Shown: piece by piece, positions 1 through 11,980 of the stretch | Position numbering within the stretch: position 1 is the first letter of the stretch | How the letters are laid out: the number at the start of each line of letters is the position of its first letter | Origin: Centroscyllium fabricii | Lineage: Eukaryota | Assembly: GCA_051313645.2 (NCBI GenBank) | Contig: JBNRSN020000005.1 | Span: 123,938,001-124,002,000, forward strand | DNA: 64,000 nucleotides | Direction: 5' to 3' | Program-made: the position numbers and the translations under genes | Notes under the pieces: model-generated | Told to the model about the DNA's origin: nothing | What the model saw: only the letters and a program-made list of their open reading frames with translations | Database searches by the model: none

Positions 1-198
1 TTTTTTCTCCCAAATTGCCTACTGGTTTTTTTAATCTGGTTTTTCGCCTCTCCCAGGTGATCACATTGGTCTGGGCGGGGTGGAGAGTAAAAATAAAATT
101 GAGGTTAGGATCAGATCAGCCATGATCTTGTTGAATGGCGGAGCAGGCTCGAGGGGCCGATTGGCCTACTCCTGCTCCTATTTCTTATGTTCTTATGT
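1..198 (+). mobile_element. 3' part of a SINE-like/non-autonomous element with CR1-type tail (cut by window edge)
   Basis: Ends in gatcagccatgatc..gaatggcggagcaggctcgaggggccg..cctactcctgctcctatttcttatgttcttatg; near-identical copies at 21938-22068 and 63105-63260. Confidence 0.75.
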
Positions 199-796
199 TA
201 AAGGATTCATGTGCCACATTCTTTGCAGCACCAAGTTTACTGCATGTTGCCAAGATGCAGTAAAATCTAATTAAGTGAAGGTCAAATAGTTAGCACGATA
301 AAGATACATTTCTAGTTGAAGTTAAAAACAGATCATTTCCATTTTATTATTCATTCAATATCTAAATAAAGGCTTCATTAATTACTAATGAAAAGTGATT
401 TAGAACAAATATTATTAAAGGAAAATTTCAGGCTTCAAACAGCTTTTATTTACTACACAGAGCACCCTCCAGTACCTATTTTGCAGCAGTAAGTTCATTT
501 TCATCATTTTATTTACATAGCAAAAGCAAGTTTCATTCTGAAGATTGTCCATTTACTGCACAGCAGTCATTAACTGCTTTGAAGAGATTCAGAGTTCGGT
601 CACCAGGGAGCTGAAATATCTGCCACTAATTTTAGTAAAAAAAGAGACAGGAGTGAAAAGTGTTATTCTACTTTTTTTTGATAAAATTAGGGAAAACGGG
701 AATTTTAACCCCTAGATGATGAAGTCAGAGTGTTCACAACAGCTATCTGAAATACAAGAAACCAGAAACACTAACAAAAGGAAAGCTTTATATGGA

Positions 797-3796
797 ACAA
801 GGGTCAGAAAACATTAGTGGGAGTGGTACACAGACCTCCAAACAGTAATATGGAGGTTGGGAATGGCATTAGAAAGGAAATTAGAGAAGCTTGCAGTAAG
901 GGCACAGCAGTCATCATGGGGGACTTTAATTTACATATCGACTGGGCTAATCAAATTAGTAAAAATACTGTTGAGGAATAATTCCTAGAATGTCTACGGG
1001 ACGGTTTTTTTGGAACAATATGTCGAGGAACCAACCAGAGACCAGGCCATCCTAGACTGGGTATTATGTAACGAGGAAGGAGTAATTACCGATCTTGTGG
1101 TACGGGGCCCCTTGGGTCTGAGTGAACATAACATGATCGAATTCCTCATTAGGATGGAGAGTGAGGTAGTGGAATCAGAGACTAGGGTCCTGAATCTAAA
1201 TAAGGGAAACTATGATGGTATGAGGTGCGAATTAAGTAGGATTGACTGGGGAATGTCACTCAAAGGGTTGACAGTAAATAGGCAATGGCAAATATTCAAA
1301 GGCTGCATTGATGGACTACAGAAGTTGTTCATCCCAGTGTGGCACAAGAATAAAACAAAAAGGGTAACGCAACCGTGGCTGACAAGAGAAATTAGGGATA
1401 GCATAAGATCAAAGGAAAGGGCACATAAACTGGCCAAAAAAAGCAGTAACCCTGACGATTGGGAACAGTTTAGGATTCAACAAAGGAGGACAAAGGGATT
1501 AATTAAGAAGGGGAAAATAGAATATGAAAGTAAGCTTGCAGGGAATATAAAAACTGACTAAGAGCTTTTATAGATATGTGAAGAGAAAAAGATTAGTGAA
1601 ATCAAGTGTAGGTCCCTTACAGTCAGAAGCAGGGGAAGTGATAATGGGGAACAAAGAAATGGCAGACCAATTAAATGCATATTTTGGTTCTGTCTTCACA
1701 AAGGAGGACACAAGTAATCTCCCAGAGATATTGGGGAACGTAGAAACATAGAAGATAGGAGCAGGAGTAGGCCATTCGGCCCTTCGAGCCTGCTCCGCCA
1801 TTCATTAATCCAAACCCAGCACCTCGCCCCTGCCCTCCCCCCATATCCCTATCGAGCCTGCACCGACACATATCCCACCCTATCCCCGTAACCCCACATA
1901 TTCAATCCCCCTAACACTAAGGGTCAATTTATCATGGCCAATCAACCTAACCCGCACATCTTTGGACTGTGGGAAGAAACCGGAGCACCCGGAGGAAACC
2001 CACGCAGACACGGGGAGAATGTGCAAACTCCACACAGATAGTACCAGAGGCTGGATTTGAACCCGGATCTCCAGAGCTGTGAGGCAACAGTGCTAACCAC
2101 TGTGCCACCGTGCCGCCCTATAAGGAACATAAGGTTTGCTGAAAGGGAGGAACTGAAAGAAATCCGTATTTGCAGGGAAATGGTGCTAGGGAAATTTATG
2201 GGATTAAAGGCCGATAAATCCCCAGGGCCTGATAATCTACATCCTAGGGTACTTAAGGAAGTGGCCCTAGAAATAGTGGATGCATTACTGATTATCTTCC
2301 AGCAATCGATGGAATCTAGAATTGTACCCATGGATTGGAGGGTGGCTAATGTTACCCCACTATTCAAAAAGGGTGGTAGGGAGAAAGCAGAAAATTACAG
2401 ACCAGTAAGCCTGACATCAGTAGTGGGGAAGATGCTGGAGTCCATAATAAAGGATGTAATAGCGGAGCACTTGAAAATCAGTGGCAGGATTGGACAAAGT
2501 CAACATGGATTTACAAAAGGTAAATCGTGCTTGACTAATCTGCTGGAATATTTTGAGGATGTAACTGGGAAAATTGATCAGGGAGAACCAGTAGATGTGG
2601 TGTACTTAGACTTTCAGAAGGCGTTTGACAAGGTCCCATACAAGAGATTAGCATGCAAAGTTAGGGCACATGGGATTGGGGGCAAGGTATTGACTTGGAT
2701 TGACAACTGGTTGGCGGACAGAAAGCAGAGAGTAGGAGTAAATGGGTCTTTTTCCGAGTGGCAGGCAGTGACTAGTGGGGTACCGCAGGGATCGGTCCTG
2801 GGACCCCAGCTATTCACAATATACATTAATGATTTAGAAAAGGGAACTAAATGTAATGTCTCCAAGTTTGCAGATGACACAAAGCTGGGAGGGCATGTGT
2901 GCTGCGAGGAGGATACCAGGAAGCTCCAGGATGATTTGGACAGGTTGGGCGAGTGGGCTGAGACGTGGCAGATGCAGTATAATGTGGATAAATGCAAGAT
3001 TATCCACTTTGGGGGCAAAAGCAGAAATGCTGACTATTATCTGAATGGCAATAGATTGGGAGAAGGAGAAGTACAACGAGACCTGGGTGTCCTTGTGCAC
3101 CAGTCACTGAAGGTGAGCATGCAGGTGCAGCAGACGGTTAAGAAGGCAAATGGTATGTTGGCCTTCATAGCGAAAGGGTTCGAGTACAGGAACAGGGAGG
3201 TCCTGCTGCAGTTTTACAGGGCCTTGGTGAGACCACACCTTGAATACTGTGTGCAATTTTGGTCTCCTTATCTAAGGAAGGATGTTCTTGCCATGGAGGG
3301 AGTGCAGATAAGATTCACCAGGCTGATACCTGGGATGGCAGGAATGACGTATGAGGAGAGACTGGGTAGACTGGGTTTGTACTCTCTGGAGTTTAGAAGA
3401 TTGAGAGGGGATCTCATCGAAACGTATAACATTCTAACTGGTCTGGACGAACTTGATGCAGGAAGAATGTTCCCGATGATCGGAGAGTCCAGAACCAGGG
3501 GTCATAGTATAAGGATAAGGGGTAACTCATTTAGGACAGAGATGAGGAGGAATTTCTTCACCCAGAGTGGTGAACCTGTGGAATTCTCTGCCACAGAGAG
3601 TGGTGGAGGCTAGTTCATTGAATATATTCAAGAAGGAGCTGGATGTATTTCTTAAGGCTAGAGGGATCAAGGGATATGGGGAGAAGGCAGGGACAGGGTA
3701 CTGAATTTGGATGATCAACCATGATCTCATTGAATGGCGGAGCAGGCTCGAGGGGCCGAATGGCCTACTCCTGCTCCTATCTTCTATGTTTCTATG
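797..3796 (+). mobile_element. CR1 LINE, 5'-truncated; disrupted ORF2 (APE endonuclease + reverse transcriptase) and 3' tail
   Basis: EN motifs VVHRPP, MGDFN, LSEHN; RT motifs NYRPVSLTS, QHGF, YLDFQKAFD, GVPQGSVLGP, KFADD; frameshifts near 1560 and 3566; ends in (tttctatg) repeats; split by a SINE at 1741-2118. Confidence 0.95.
1741..2118 (-). mobile_element. V-SINE (HE1-like tRNA-derived SINE) inserted in CR1 ORF2
   Basis: Minus strand: gggcggcacggtggcacagtggttagcact (A box), gggttcaaatcc (B box), V-domain ctccccgtgtctgcgtgggtttcctccgggtgctccgg, CR1-type tail. Confidence 0.9.
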
Positions 3797-3797
3797 T

Positions 3798-5460
3798 AAC
3801 ATAGGACTGCCCGAGTAAGCCATTCAGCCCTTCGAGCCTGTTGTCATTCAATTAGATCATGGCTGATCTGTATCTTAACAACATTTACACACCTTTGTTC
3901 CATATTCATTAATACCCTTGCCTAACAAAAATATATCAATCTCAGTTTTGAAATTTTCAATTGACCTAGCTTCAATAGCGTTTTGGGGAAGAGAGTTCCA
4001 GATTTCCACTGCCCTGTGTGTGAAGTGCTTCCTGACCTCCCCTGAATGCCCTAGCTTTAATTTTAAAGTTATGCCCCTAGTTCTGGACACCCGCACCAGA
4101 GGAAATCATTTCTATCTATCTGCACTATCAACTCCATTAATCATCTTAAACACCTCAATTAGATTACCCCTTAATCTTCTATACTCAAGGGAATACAAGC
4201 AACCTGTCCCATAATTTAATCCTTTTAGCCCCAGTCTCATTCTGGTGAATCTGCACTGCACCCCTCCAAGACCAATGTATTCTTCCTTAGGTGCAGTGCC
4301 AAGAACTGAACAAAGCTCTCCAGATGAGGTCTAAGCAGTGCTTTATATAACTAACATATCTTCCACCCTTTGTATTCCGGCCCATTTAAGATAAAGGCTA
4401 ACATTCCGTTAGTATTTTAGAGTCATAGAGTTATACAGCACAGAAAGAGGCCCTTCGGCCCATCGTATCCGCGCCAGCCATCAAACCCTTTCTATTCAAT
4501 CCCATTTTCCAGCACTTGCTCCGTAGCCTTGTATGTTATGGCATTTAAGTGCTCATCTAAATGCCTCTTGAATGTTGTGAGGGTTCCTGCCTCTACCACC
4601 CTTTCAGGCAGCGAGTTGCAGACTCCAACCACCCTCTGGGTGAAAAAGTTCTTCCTCAAATCCCCTCTAAACCTCCTGGTCCTTACCTTGAAGCTATGCC
4701 CCCTGGTTATTGACATCTTGACTAAGGGAAAAAGTTCCTTTCTATCTACCCTATCTATGCCCCTCATAATTTTGTACACCTCAATCAGATCCCCCCTCAG
4801 CCTTCTCTGCTCTAAGGAAAACAACCCCAGCCTGTCCAGTCTCTCTTCATAGCTGAAGTGCTCCAGCCCAGGTAACATCCTGGTGAATCTCCTCTGCACC
4901 CTCTCCAAGGCAATCACATCCTTCCTATACTGTGGCGACCAGAACTGCACACAGTACTCCAGCTGTGGCCTTACCAGCGTTTTGTACAGCTCCATCATAA
5001 CCTCCCTGCTCTTATATTCTATGCCTCAGCTAATGAAGGCAAGTATCCCATATGCCTTTTTAACCACCTTATCTAACTGTCCTGCTGCCTTCAGGGATCT
5101 ATGTACATGCACACCGAGGTCCCTCTGATCCTCTGTTTTTCCTGGGGTCTTACCATTCATTGTGTATTCCCTTGCCTTGTTAGTCCTCCCAAAAGGCATC
5201 AACTCACACTTTTAAAATATCTTTTGTACGTGTCCACTAGTTTTTAAATAATTACTGTACATGGACCGCTAAACCTCTGCTCCTCCACAATTCCTAGCTT
5301 CTTACCATTTAGGAAATGCTCTGATCTATCTTTCTTATGGCCAAAGTGGATTACCTCACACATCCCCACATTGAACTCATTCCATCTGCCACAGTTTTAC
5401 CCACTCACTTAATCTATCAATGTCCCATTGCAACTTGTTGCTCCCATCTACACTACTTAC
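3798..5460 (-). mobile_element. Older CR1 3' fragment, interrupted by a younger CR1
   Basis: Minus ORF 3875-4096 (TRG..HFTHRAVEIWNSLP) is the CR1 ORF2 C-terminus; degraded RT sequence resumes after ~5213. Confidence 0.8.
4420..5212 (-). mobile_element. CR1 3' fragment (second family, ctctatga tail) nested in older CR1
   Basis: ORF 4492-4998 LVRPQLEYCVQFWSP..RLRGDLIEVYK..FFTQRVV; tail gggccgaagggcctctttctgtgctgtataactctatgactcta. Confidence 0.9.
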
Positions 5461-5544
5461 TTTCAACCTTTCCCCTCCGCCCCCCCCCCCCCGCCCGAGA
5501 TAAAATGGACTTAACATCTTAGGTTAACTGCCTGCTGAAGAGGC

Positions 5545-5632
5545 CAAGCAAGCCACTCGAGGGCAACTAGGGATGGGCAATAAATACCGGCACCGCCAGC
5601 AATGGCCACATCCGGAGAATCATTTTTTTAAA
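5545..5632 (+). mobile_element. Short 3' tail of the LINE family seen at 41950-42810 (or a SINE sharing it)
   Basis: gagggcaactagggatgggcaataaat..gccagc..ccacatcc matches the reverse complement of 41960-42030. Confidence 0.6.
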
Positions 5633-5679
5633 TTAATAACAGTTAGTTTGAAGTACAATAGCTGTTGTTATTCGTACAG

Positions 5680-5805
5680 ACAAGGTAGCCATTTTCCACA
5701 AAAAGCAATGAGATGGAATGATGAGTTAATCTGTTGTTGAAGGTATTGGTTGAGGAAGGAATGTTAGTCAGGACACTAAGAGAACTTCCTGCTCCTCTTC
5801 AAATT
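5680..5805 (-). mobile_element. DeuSINE (SacSINE1/AmnSINE-like) fragment
   Basis: Minus strand gaagaggagcaggaagttctc..gtgtcctg..cctcaaccaatacc..cagattaac..cattgct aligns by eye with the copy at 57859-58190. Confidence 0.6.
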
Positions 5806-7053
5806 TGTTATAACCAGTGTTAATTAAAAATTAGTCATTTAAAAAAAAATTAAATGAAGCTCTGAATTTATATGTTGAAAAGCAAATCATTTCTGAAGCA
5901 TAAAATGTGTTGGTTTGAACCCCCATTTCCCCCCCGCCCTCCCAAAAAACTTGCTTCATGCTTTTCTCTATCTCTCGCTCTCCCTTTCTCTCTCTGTCTC
6001 GCACATTAGTTATGGATCCCTATTATATTTCTGGTCAAATCCTTGCTTCTTTATGAATATCTGTCAAACTAATAGATTTTTAATGTGGTATAGAAATTTA
6101 AATTATGTATGGATACTTTAAAAAAATATTCCAATATGGATAAAATGCAAGACATATCTATCTAAATTGGTTCCCCTAACACAGACCATAGAATCTGTCC
6201 TAAAAATACCCATAAATCAGGCCCGAGATGCCCAACATATAACCAAATGATCACACGACCTGATACCAATAGCTTTGCATATGTTTGTAGTTTTCAAAGG
6301 CTGACAGTTATATAAAGGCGGCATTTGATTTGTTAAACCACTCCAGTTGAAAAGACGTAACTCGATAGCAGCTTAAACAGAGCAAGTGTAGCCTTACCCT
6401 TTAAAGCAAGGTGCTGCCACAACTGCAGTTCCTATATTTTGGAATATGGGTTTTTAAGTCCATTGTGTCTCAATAGTGCATAGCACTGCAGGTGTGATGC
6501 CCCGCTCTCTCCCCTGTTTACAAAGCAAAAAATGTATTTCCCTTTATAAATGTACAGATGCATTTAAATGTGACACTGCAGTTTTATCAATTCAAATAAT
6601 ATGTAACAAGTATATACATCCCAAATTTATGAGAACAAGGGGTCACACTTGTATATAGTTTTACAATGGTTCCTAACATGTTATGCTTCTCATATAAGTC
6701 TGCTCATGAAATTCTCATAAATGCACCAAGGCCTCACAGGTTCACGATTTTATAATGGAATTAATGTGGGAACAGTTCGGGAAAGCCACTGTTTCCTTTT
6801 GCCACTTTGCTTGCAGCATTTAGGCTACATGGTGCATGCACCAGTGATTGGTTTGAAATATGGTTGTTGTGTACCAAGAGATGCCAATAGAAACATGCCC
6901 GCAGGCACACTGAGGTTTAAAGCTTTGGTTCCCTCCATTTGGCGAAACTAAATCTGGAGCACTTGCAACGACGATGTTAATTCAACAAAGAAAAAAAAAA
7001 TCAAAAGAATTTATTTGGCAAATAAACCATTTTTATATATTAAAAAGGAAAAA

Positions 7054-7200
7054 AAAATCAGTGAATGCTGGAAATTTGAAATGTACACAGAAAATAATGG
7101 AAATGCAGAGCAAGTCAGTCAGGATTTGAAAGAAAACAAGGTTTCAGGTAATTTCAGGGATCTATGTATTTCCAACATTTGCTCTTTTTATTACCTACAC
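7054..7200. mobile_element. Degenerate Penelope-like terminal repeat fragment
   Basis: aatgctggaaatttgaa..acagaaaataatggaaa..tttcagg and inverted tatttccaacattt resemble 49337-49555. Confidence 0.45.
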
Positions 7201-8099
7201 ATTTTTAATAAAGTTTAAATTATTAATGAAAATCTTGTAAATTCTGCTCTGTTGTTGGTCAAGTGCTGCAAACATACAGGAAGAAGTCAGCAAATGGGTG
7301 GTTTCTGGACAAGGATAAGTGGGGAGCTAGACTAAGAGTAACCTAATTCATAAGTTATTTAATAAAAGTTTCCAAAAATGTCTTTATATTGAGAGTCAGG
7401 CATGATTTCTGAATACAAACAGATCCAACATTTTTGACAATGATTTCAAACACAAGTAGGAAAATGTTTACAAAAAAAATTATTTACGTTTCTATTTTAT
7501 AACTTATTACGGGAGGAGTCTAAATAGTCATCCCTTGGCGACACTTAAGAGATTTCCACCTTTTTGCAAGAGCACAGAGAGTGATTACCTACTCACTCCC
7601 CTTCTCAAAAAGTGGAACATGTACAACAAAAGGAAGTGTGCACCAGCGTTATCTCCCTCCTTTTTTTATACTCTTTTGAAAAGGACAGAAATGAATGAGA
7701 TCTTAGTTATTGTAGAACATGAAAAGGTTAATCTATTACCTGGTCTGCATGTCAAAACTTTGCACAAATCAGATACTGAAAGGGTTCAGTTAATACAACA
7801 AAAACATAATTAACACTAAAAAAGCTAAAAGCTACTGTTGGCAATATTACCAGAAAATGTTTTAACATGTTTGTATGACTAACCTATATTTATTATTTTA
7901 ACCCAATGATCAGTGTCCCTGCCATGATAGTGGACAGAGGAATGTCATACAAACATCTTAATTACATGCTTGCTAATATTGCCAAAAGTTATCTCTAGCA
8001 TGGATTTGTTTAGTTCAGTCAAAGCTAGGAAAACATTTATCTTTCCTTTTGAGCTTCAACTCAACATAATATTTTTACATATATAAAAGTATCAAATTG

Positions 8100-8600
8100 G
8101 CCGGCTCTCTCCTGATGGGTCAGTTAGTAAAGACACTGGGGTGAAATTGGTCCTCACCAATAGTCAATGGAAAGATCGGGCGCAGTGTAAAGCAGACTGC
8201 CGATTCACTACAAGCCCATTTTGTACTATTGGCAAAGACCAATTTCACCCCCATTATATAGCTGAGCCAGATAGGCTAGAAGATCCCAGGTTCAATTCCC
8301 AGACTGTACCAAGTTAGCTGATCTCAACCAGAGTAGCAGCAAGAATGCTAGAATTGGCCTCAGTGCTCCTGGGCTAGAGAGGGGAAAGTCAGCTTCTGAT
8401 TCTCATCCAGCTGGAAATGCGTCCGCGTGGGCATTGGATGAGGACAGGATCAGGCTTGCTGTAATGCCTTCAGTGGTCAAATAGTGAGTGGACATTCACC
8501 ACCTGGGCACATTTATGGCCACTTGAGTGAAGTGCTTGGGGAGCTTGTGGATCTGCACTCCAGCAGTAATCAATGCCTTCAGTAGAGGGGAGAAAATGGC
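8100..8600 (+). mobile_element. Old tRNA-derived SINE (unassigned family)
   Basis: B-box ccaggttcaattccc, body gagttagctgatctca..ggcctcagtg..gctggaaa..gatgaggacaggatc; related copies at 9585, 16620, 25880, 29150, 45200. Confidence 0.6.
8138..8252. mobile_element. ~115 bp MITE (PIF/Harbinger-like) inside SINE head
   Basis: TIRs ggggtgaaattggtc / gaccaatttcacccc. Confidence 0.75.
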
Positions 8601-9329
8601 CAAAAAGATTAGATATTTTAATTTTATAATATTGACTCAAAAAAGCATGCGTGTTGACATTCCTTCCCTCTTATTACACCCTTGTATGAAAATCCTAAAA
8701 CTATTAGTAATCCCTAGTTTCTTTATTGTAATAGTAGCTAGTTCCAGGCCAATGGTTTTCTTGGAAAGTTATTTGTTTTACTTGTTGCTGATTTTGCCTC
8801 ACTCCTGTGTTAGTTTTGCCATTAACTACTTATATATTTTGTTACTAAAATGAAAGAAACACCTGGCTTAAATAAAATTTCAATTTGTTGGCCACTTTGA
8901 ATTTCTTTCAACTTTTTGATTTTGTTGCAGGCTTAACAAACCTATGGGTCTAATTTAATTGGTGAACGCCGATCAATCCTGGTGCTAAGCAGTTAGTATC
9001 AGTGGCTCTGCGGAATATGTGGTGAACATTATTTAAAATGGACTGTGACCGGGTGGGAGTCAACAGGAGGGGGATTTAAAAGAAACAATCTAAATTGAAA
9101 TGTTACCCCACTGTTACTTCAATGAAGACTATCCTAAATTGATCTTTTATTTCTTAATAATGTAACATATTTGAGCATATTGGAACCGAAGTCTGTGACG
9201 ATCCACCATTCAACATCAGTCTCAAACATGGTTAATTTGTTTCCATTTGACATCGACCGCATGACATTCAAGATGCAGAACTGAGGTATATCTCTCAGTA
9301 GCACAACATCCCCTCTGATCTCTAATCTC

Positions 9330-9510
9330 GGGGCACAGTCCTTCCCTCCCTTCTCCGACCTCGGTGACAGTCCTCCCCTCCCTTCTCCGACCGCACAGTG
9401 CACAGTCCTCCCGTCCTTTCTCTGACCTCAGTGACACAGTCCTCCCGTCCCTTCTCCGACCTCCTCCCGTCCCTTCTCCAATCTCAGTGGTACAGCCCTC
9501 TCCTCCCTCT
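9330..9510. repeat. Degenerate ~33 bp CT-rich minisatellite
   Basis: Repeated cacagtcctcccgtcccttctccgacctc(a/g)gtga units. Confidence 0.75.
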
Positions 9511-9584
9511 GTAATTCCAACATGACCATTGTAGCCATGTCATCAAACTTCTAAAAACAAATCAATGAAAAACAATTCAAATCA

Positions 9585-9870
9585 GGCTCCCTGATGCTCA
9601 GTGAGTAAATGCACTGCCCAATGTGATACTGAACCGCGCAGACCAGGTTCAGTCCATATTCTACACTGGGTCAGTTGATATAGGCCATGGAGAGAGAGAA
9701 TGAATACAGTCAGCCTCAGCACCCAGAGAAGGGTAAAAAAAATCCAGGGCTCTCGTCGCTGCTTGCTTACCAGTAATCCCTGCTGGAAAGTGCACGTGTG
9801 CAGATGTCATATTAGGGTAGGATTGGACTGTGACCACCTTTGGAGTCACACCTTATCGCAAGTCACTGCA
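9585..9870 (+). mobile_element. Old tRNA-derived SINE, same family as 8100-8600
   Basis: ggctccctgatgctcagtgagtaaatgcact..ccaggttca..gcctcagcac..cctgctggaaagtg..aggattgg. Confidence 0.55.
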
Positions 9871-10124
9871 TTAAGATACAAAAACTGAAAAAAATGTTTG
9901 AACACATACTTGTGTTATAAACAGAACTTATGGTGATGGTTGAGGAGTTACAAGGTATTTTTTAACACCAAGATGGGATCCCATTGCAAGTCACTTGTGA
10001 CTGGTGATTAGATTTTCCCACACCTGTGTGAGGTACAGCAAATACCACCAATCCTCATCAAGTATTTGCTACTTATCTACCTCATATCATCTTAGCTCAA
10101 AAGGGCCTCAACTCTCAAAACAAT

Positions 10125-10854
10125 GGGCCAAAAATTACGATGATCGCGGGAGGTTTTTGAGCCGGGTGTTCATGCACCCGAGCTCCGAATTGCAGGTAGC
10201 AGCCGTTTCCAGCTGCTACCTGTAATTCCGATGGCATCCAGCGGGGGATCGCGAGCTGCAGCCGGCTGGATCGCGTTCGAGGTGCGCAGTGGACTTCCGA
10301 TTTTTTTCTGAGTTTTTTGAATCGGGGAAAGTATGGAAGATTTTACACTTAAAAATATCAGCCGTAACCACCCGTTTTTAGCAGGTAAGTCTTTATTTTA
10401 TAGAATTTAAGTATTGTTTTAACAGGTTTTTCATTTTTTTAAACTTTAAAGACAGGTAAGTATTCTTTTAGGCCAGTTAAAAACTTTAAAAACAAATTCT
10501 AAATTTTTATTTTTTCTATGTTAGAGTATTGTTAAAAAATGTGTTTTTTAAATTTTATTTTTGTGTTTAGATGTGTTTTTGAAGCTCTTCCTTTTCATAA
10601 CTTACACAGATTTCTCCGTGTAAGTTATGAATGGAGGATTGCTTCCATTGATTGGCTCCCTGCAGATCACGTGGTCCCGTGCGATATCTCCCACTAACTA
10701 CGCCGCTGAGTTGCACCAGCATGGTGCCTGGAACCTGCAGCAGCTGTACAACTCGGGATTTCACATCCCATAATTGCAAAACGGCAGAAGTGCAGGGTAA
10801 GTGTACCTTAGAGCCTTGCACTCGCAGGAAGGCTCCAAGGCTAATTTTTGGGCC
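10125..10854. mobile_element. PIF/Harbinger-like MITE
   Basis: TIRs gggccaaaaatta / taatttttgggcc, 3-bp TSD AAT (10122-24, 10855-57), CpG-rich ends and AT-rich core. Confidence 0.75.
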
Positions 10855-11526
10855 AATGTCTTATAAGCAGAAGGTGCAACATTGGCTGAGCAAGTACAGC
10901 CGCTACACTCAACAGTTCACCTCATGGCCAGGTCCAGATATTTGGGGTTTAGTGATCAACTGATTTGTTGCAATTTAACTAAACAGGTGCCTGCATTTTC
11001 AACTACTACCTGACCAACTGACCAACAATTAATTCTAAATGTAGAGACGGAGTGCACAAATATGAAGACTAATCATTTACTGGGGGGGGGGGGTTGAATA
11101 GGCATCAATTAATTGTTCTATCTGGACACTTTTGTTAGTGATAAGAATTTATTGTATGCTTCATTCATTTTCAATAAAATATGATTTAAAAAATGTTATT
11201 GGACACCCAATGGTCTACACAATCTAGCCATATGACCCCTCACCCATGCAGGATACAAACCTGCACATGGCACACTGTGAATTTGCTGGTTATCTGACAT
11301 GTTAAACCCTTACAGAAGGCAGGTCATTTTCTCCAGCATGCTACCAAAACCTATATAGGTCAGAGAAAGGGAGTCACTGCAGAGATAAACCTCAGCTGGA
11401 GCAAGAGCTACGTACTTGAAGTATGCCATAAAAAAACCAAATAACTAAATAAATTAAAAAATGAAAAAAAAAATGAGGAAAGCAATAAATAAGCACACAC
11501 AAGGTTCACCAATTAGCTTTAAAATT

Positions 11527-11532
11527 TTTATT
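11527..11532 (-). terminator. BCL11A: Poly(A) signal (AATAAA) of the long BCL11A transcript
   Basis: TTTATT on + strand, followed on the mRNA strand by GU/U-rich gtgtgtgcttatttattg; ends a block resembling the recalled 3' end of human BCL11A-XL mRNA. Confidence 0.75.
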
Positions 11533-11833
11533 AATTTTTTTTCATAAAGGGACAAAATGGGCATGTGAACAGGATAATGCAGACAACTGCCAAAACACAG
11601 ACAGTGGTTTCCAATAGACTCCTGAACTTAACACAGACCAGAAACAAATACAATAAAAGCCAGGTTGTAATGACCTTTGGTCATCCAAACAAAAAAAAAT
11701 TTAAAAATAAAAATGAAAAAAAAGATCAATTTAGTGCATCCGTTTTGAACAGCGCACATAAGCAATAATAAATAGTGAATCCCGTAGTAAAAGATAAATT
11801 TCAAGTTACAACAACAGCTTTTATTACAGGAAT

Positions 11834-11980
11834 NNNNNNNNNNNNNNNNNNNNNNNNNNNNNNNNNNNNNNNNNNNNNNNNNNNNNNNNNNNNNNNNNNN
11901 NNNNNNNNNNNNNNNNNNNNNNNNNNNNNNNNNNNNNNNNNNNNNNNNNNNNNNNNNNNNNNNNNNNNNNNNNNNNNNNN
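11834..11980. other. Assembly gap (N run)
   Basis: Run of N characters. Confidence 1.

Noticed and set aside
2057-3613. 518-aa ORF as functional reverse transcriptase
   Set aside because: N-terminus is antisense SINE sequence; the element is truncated and frameshifted.
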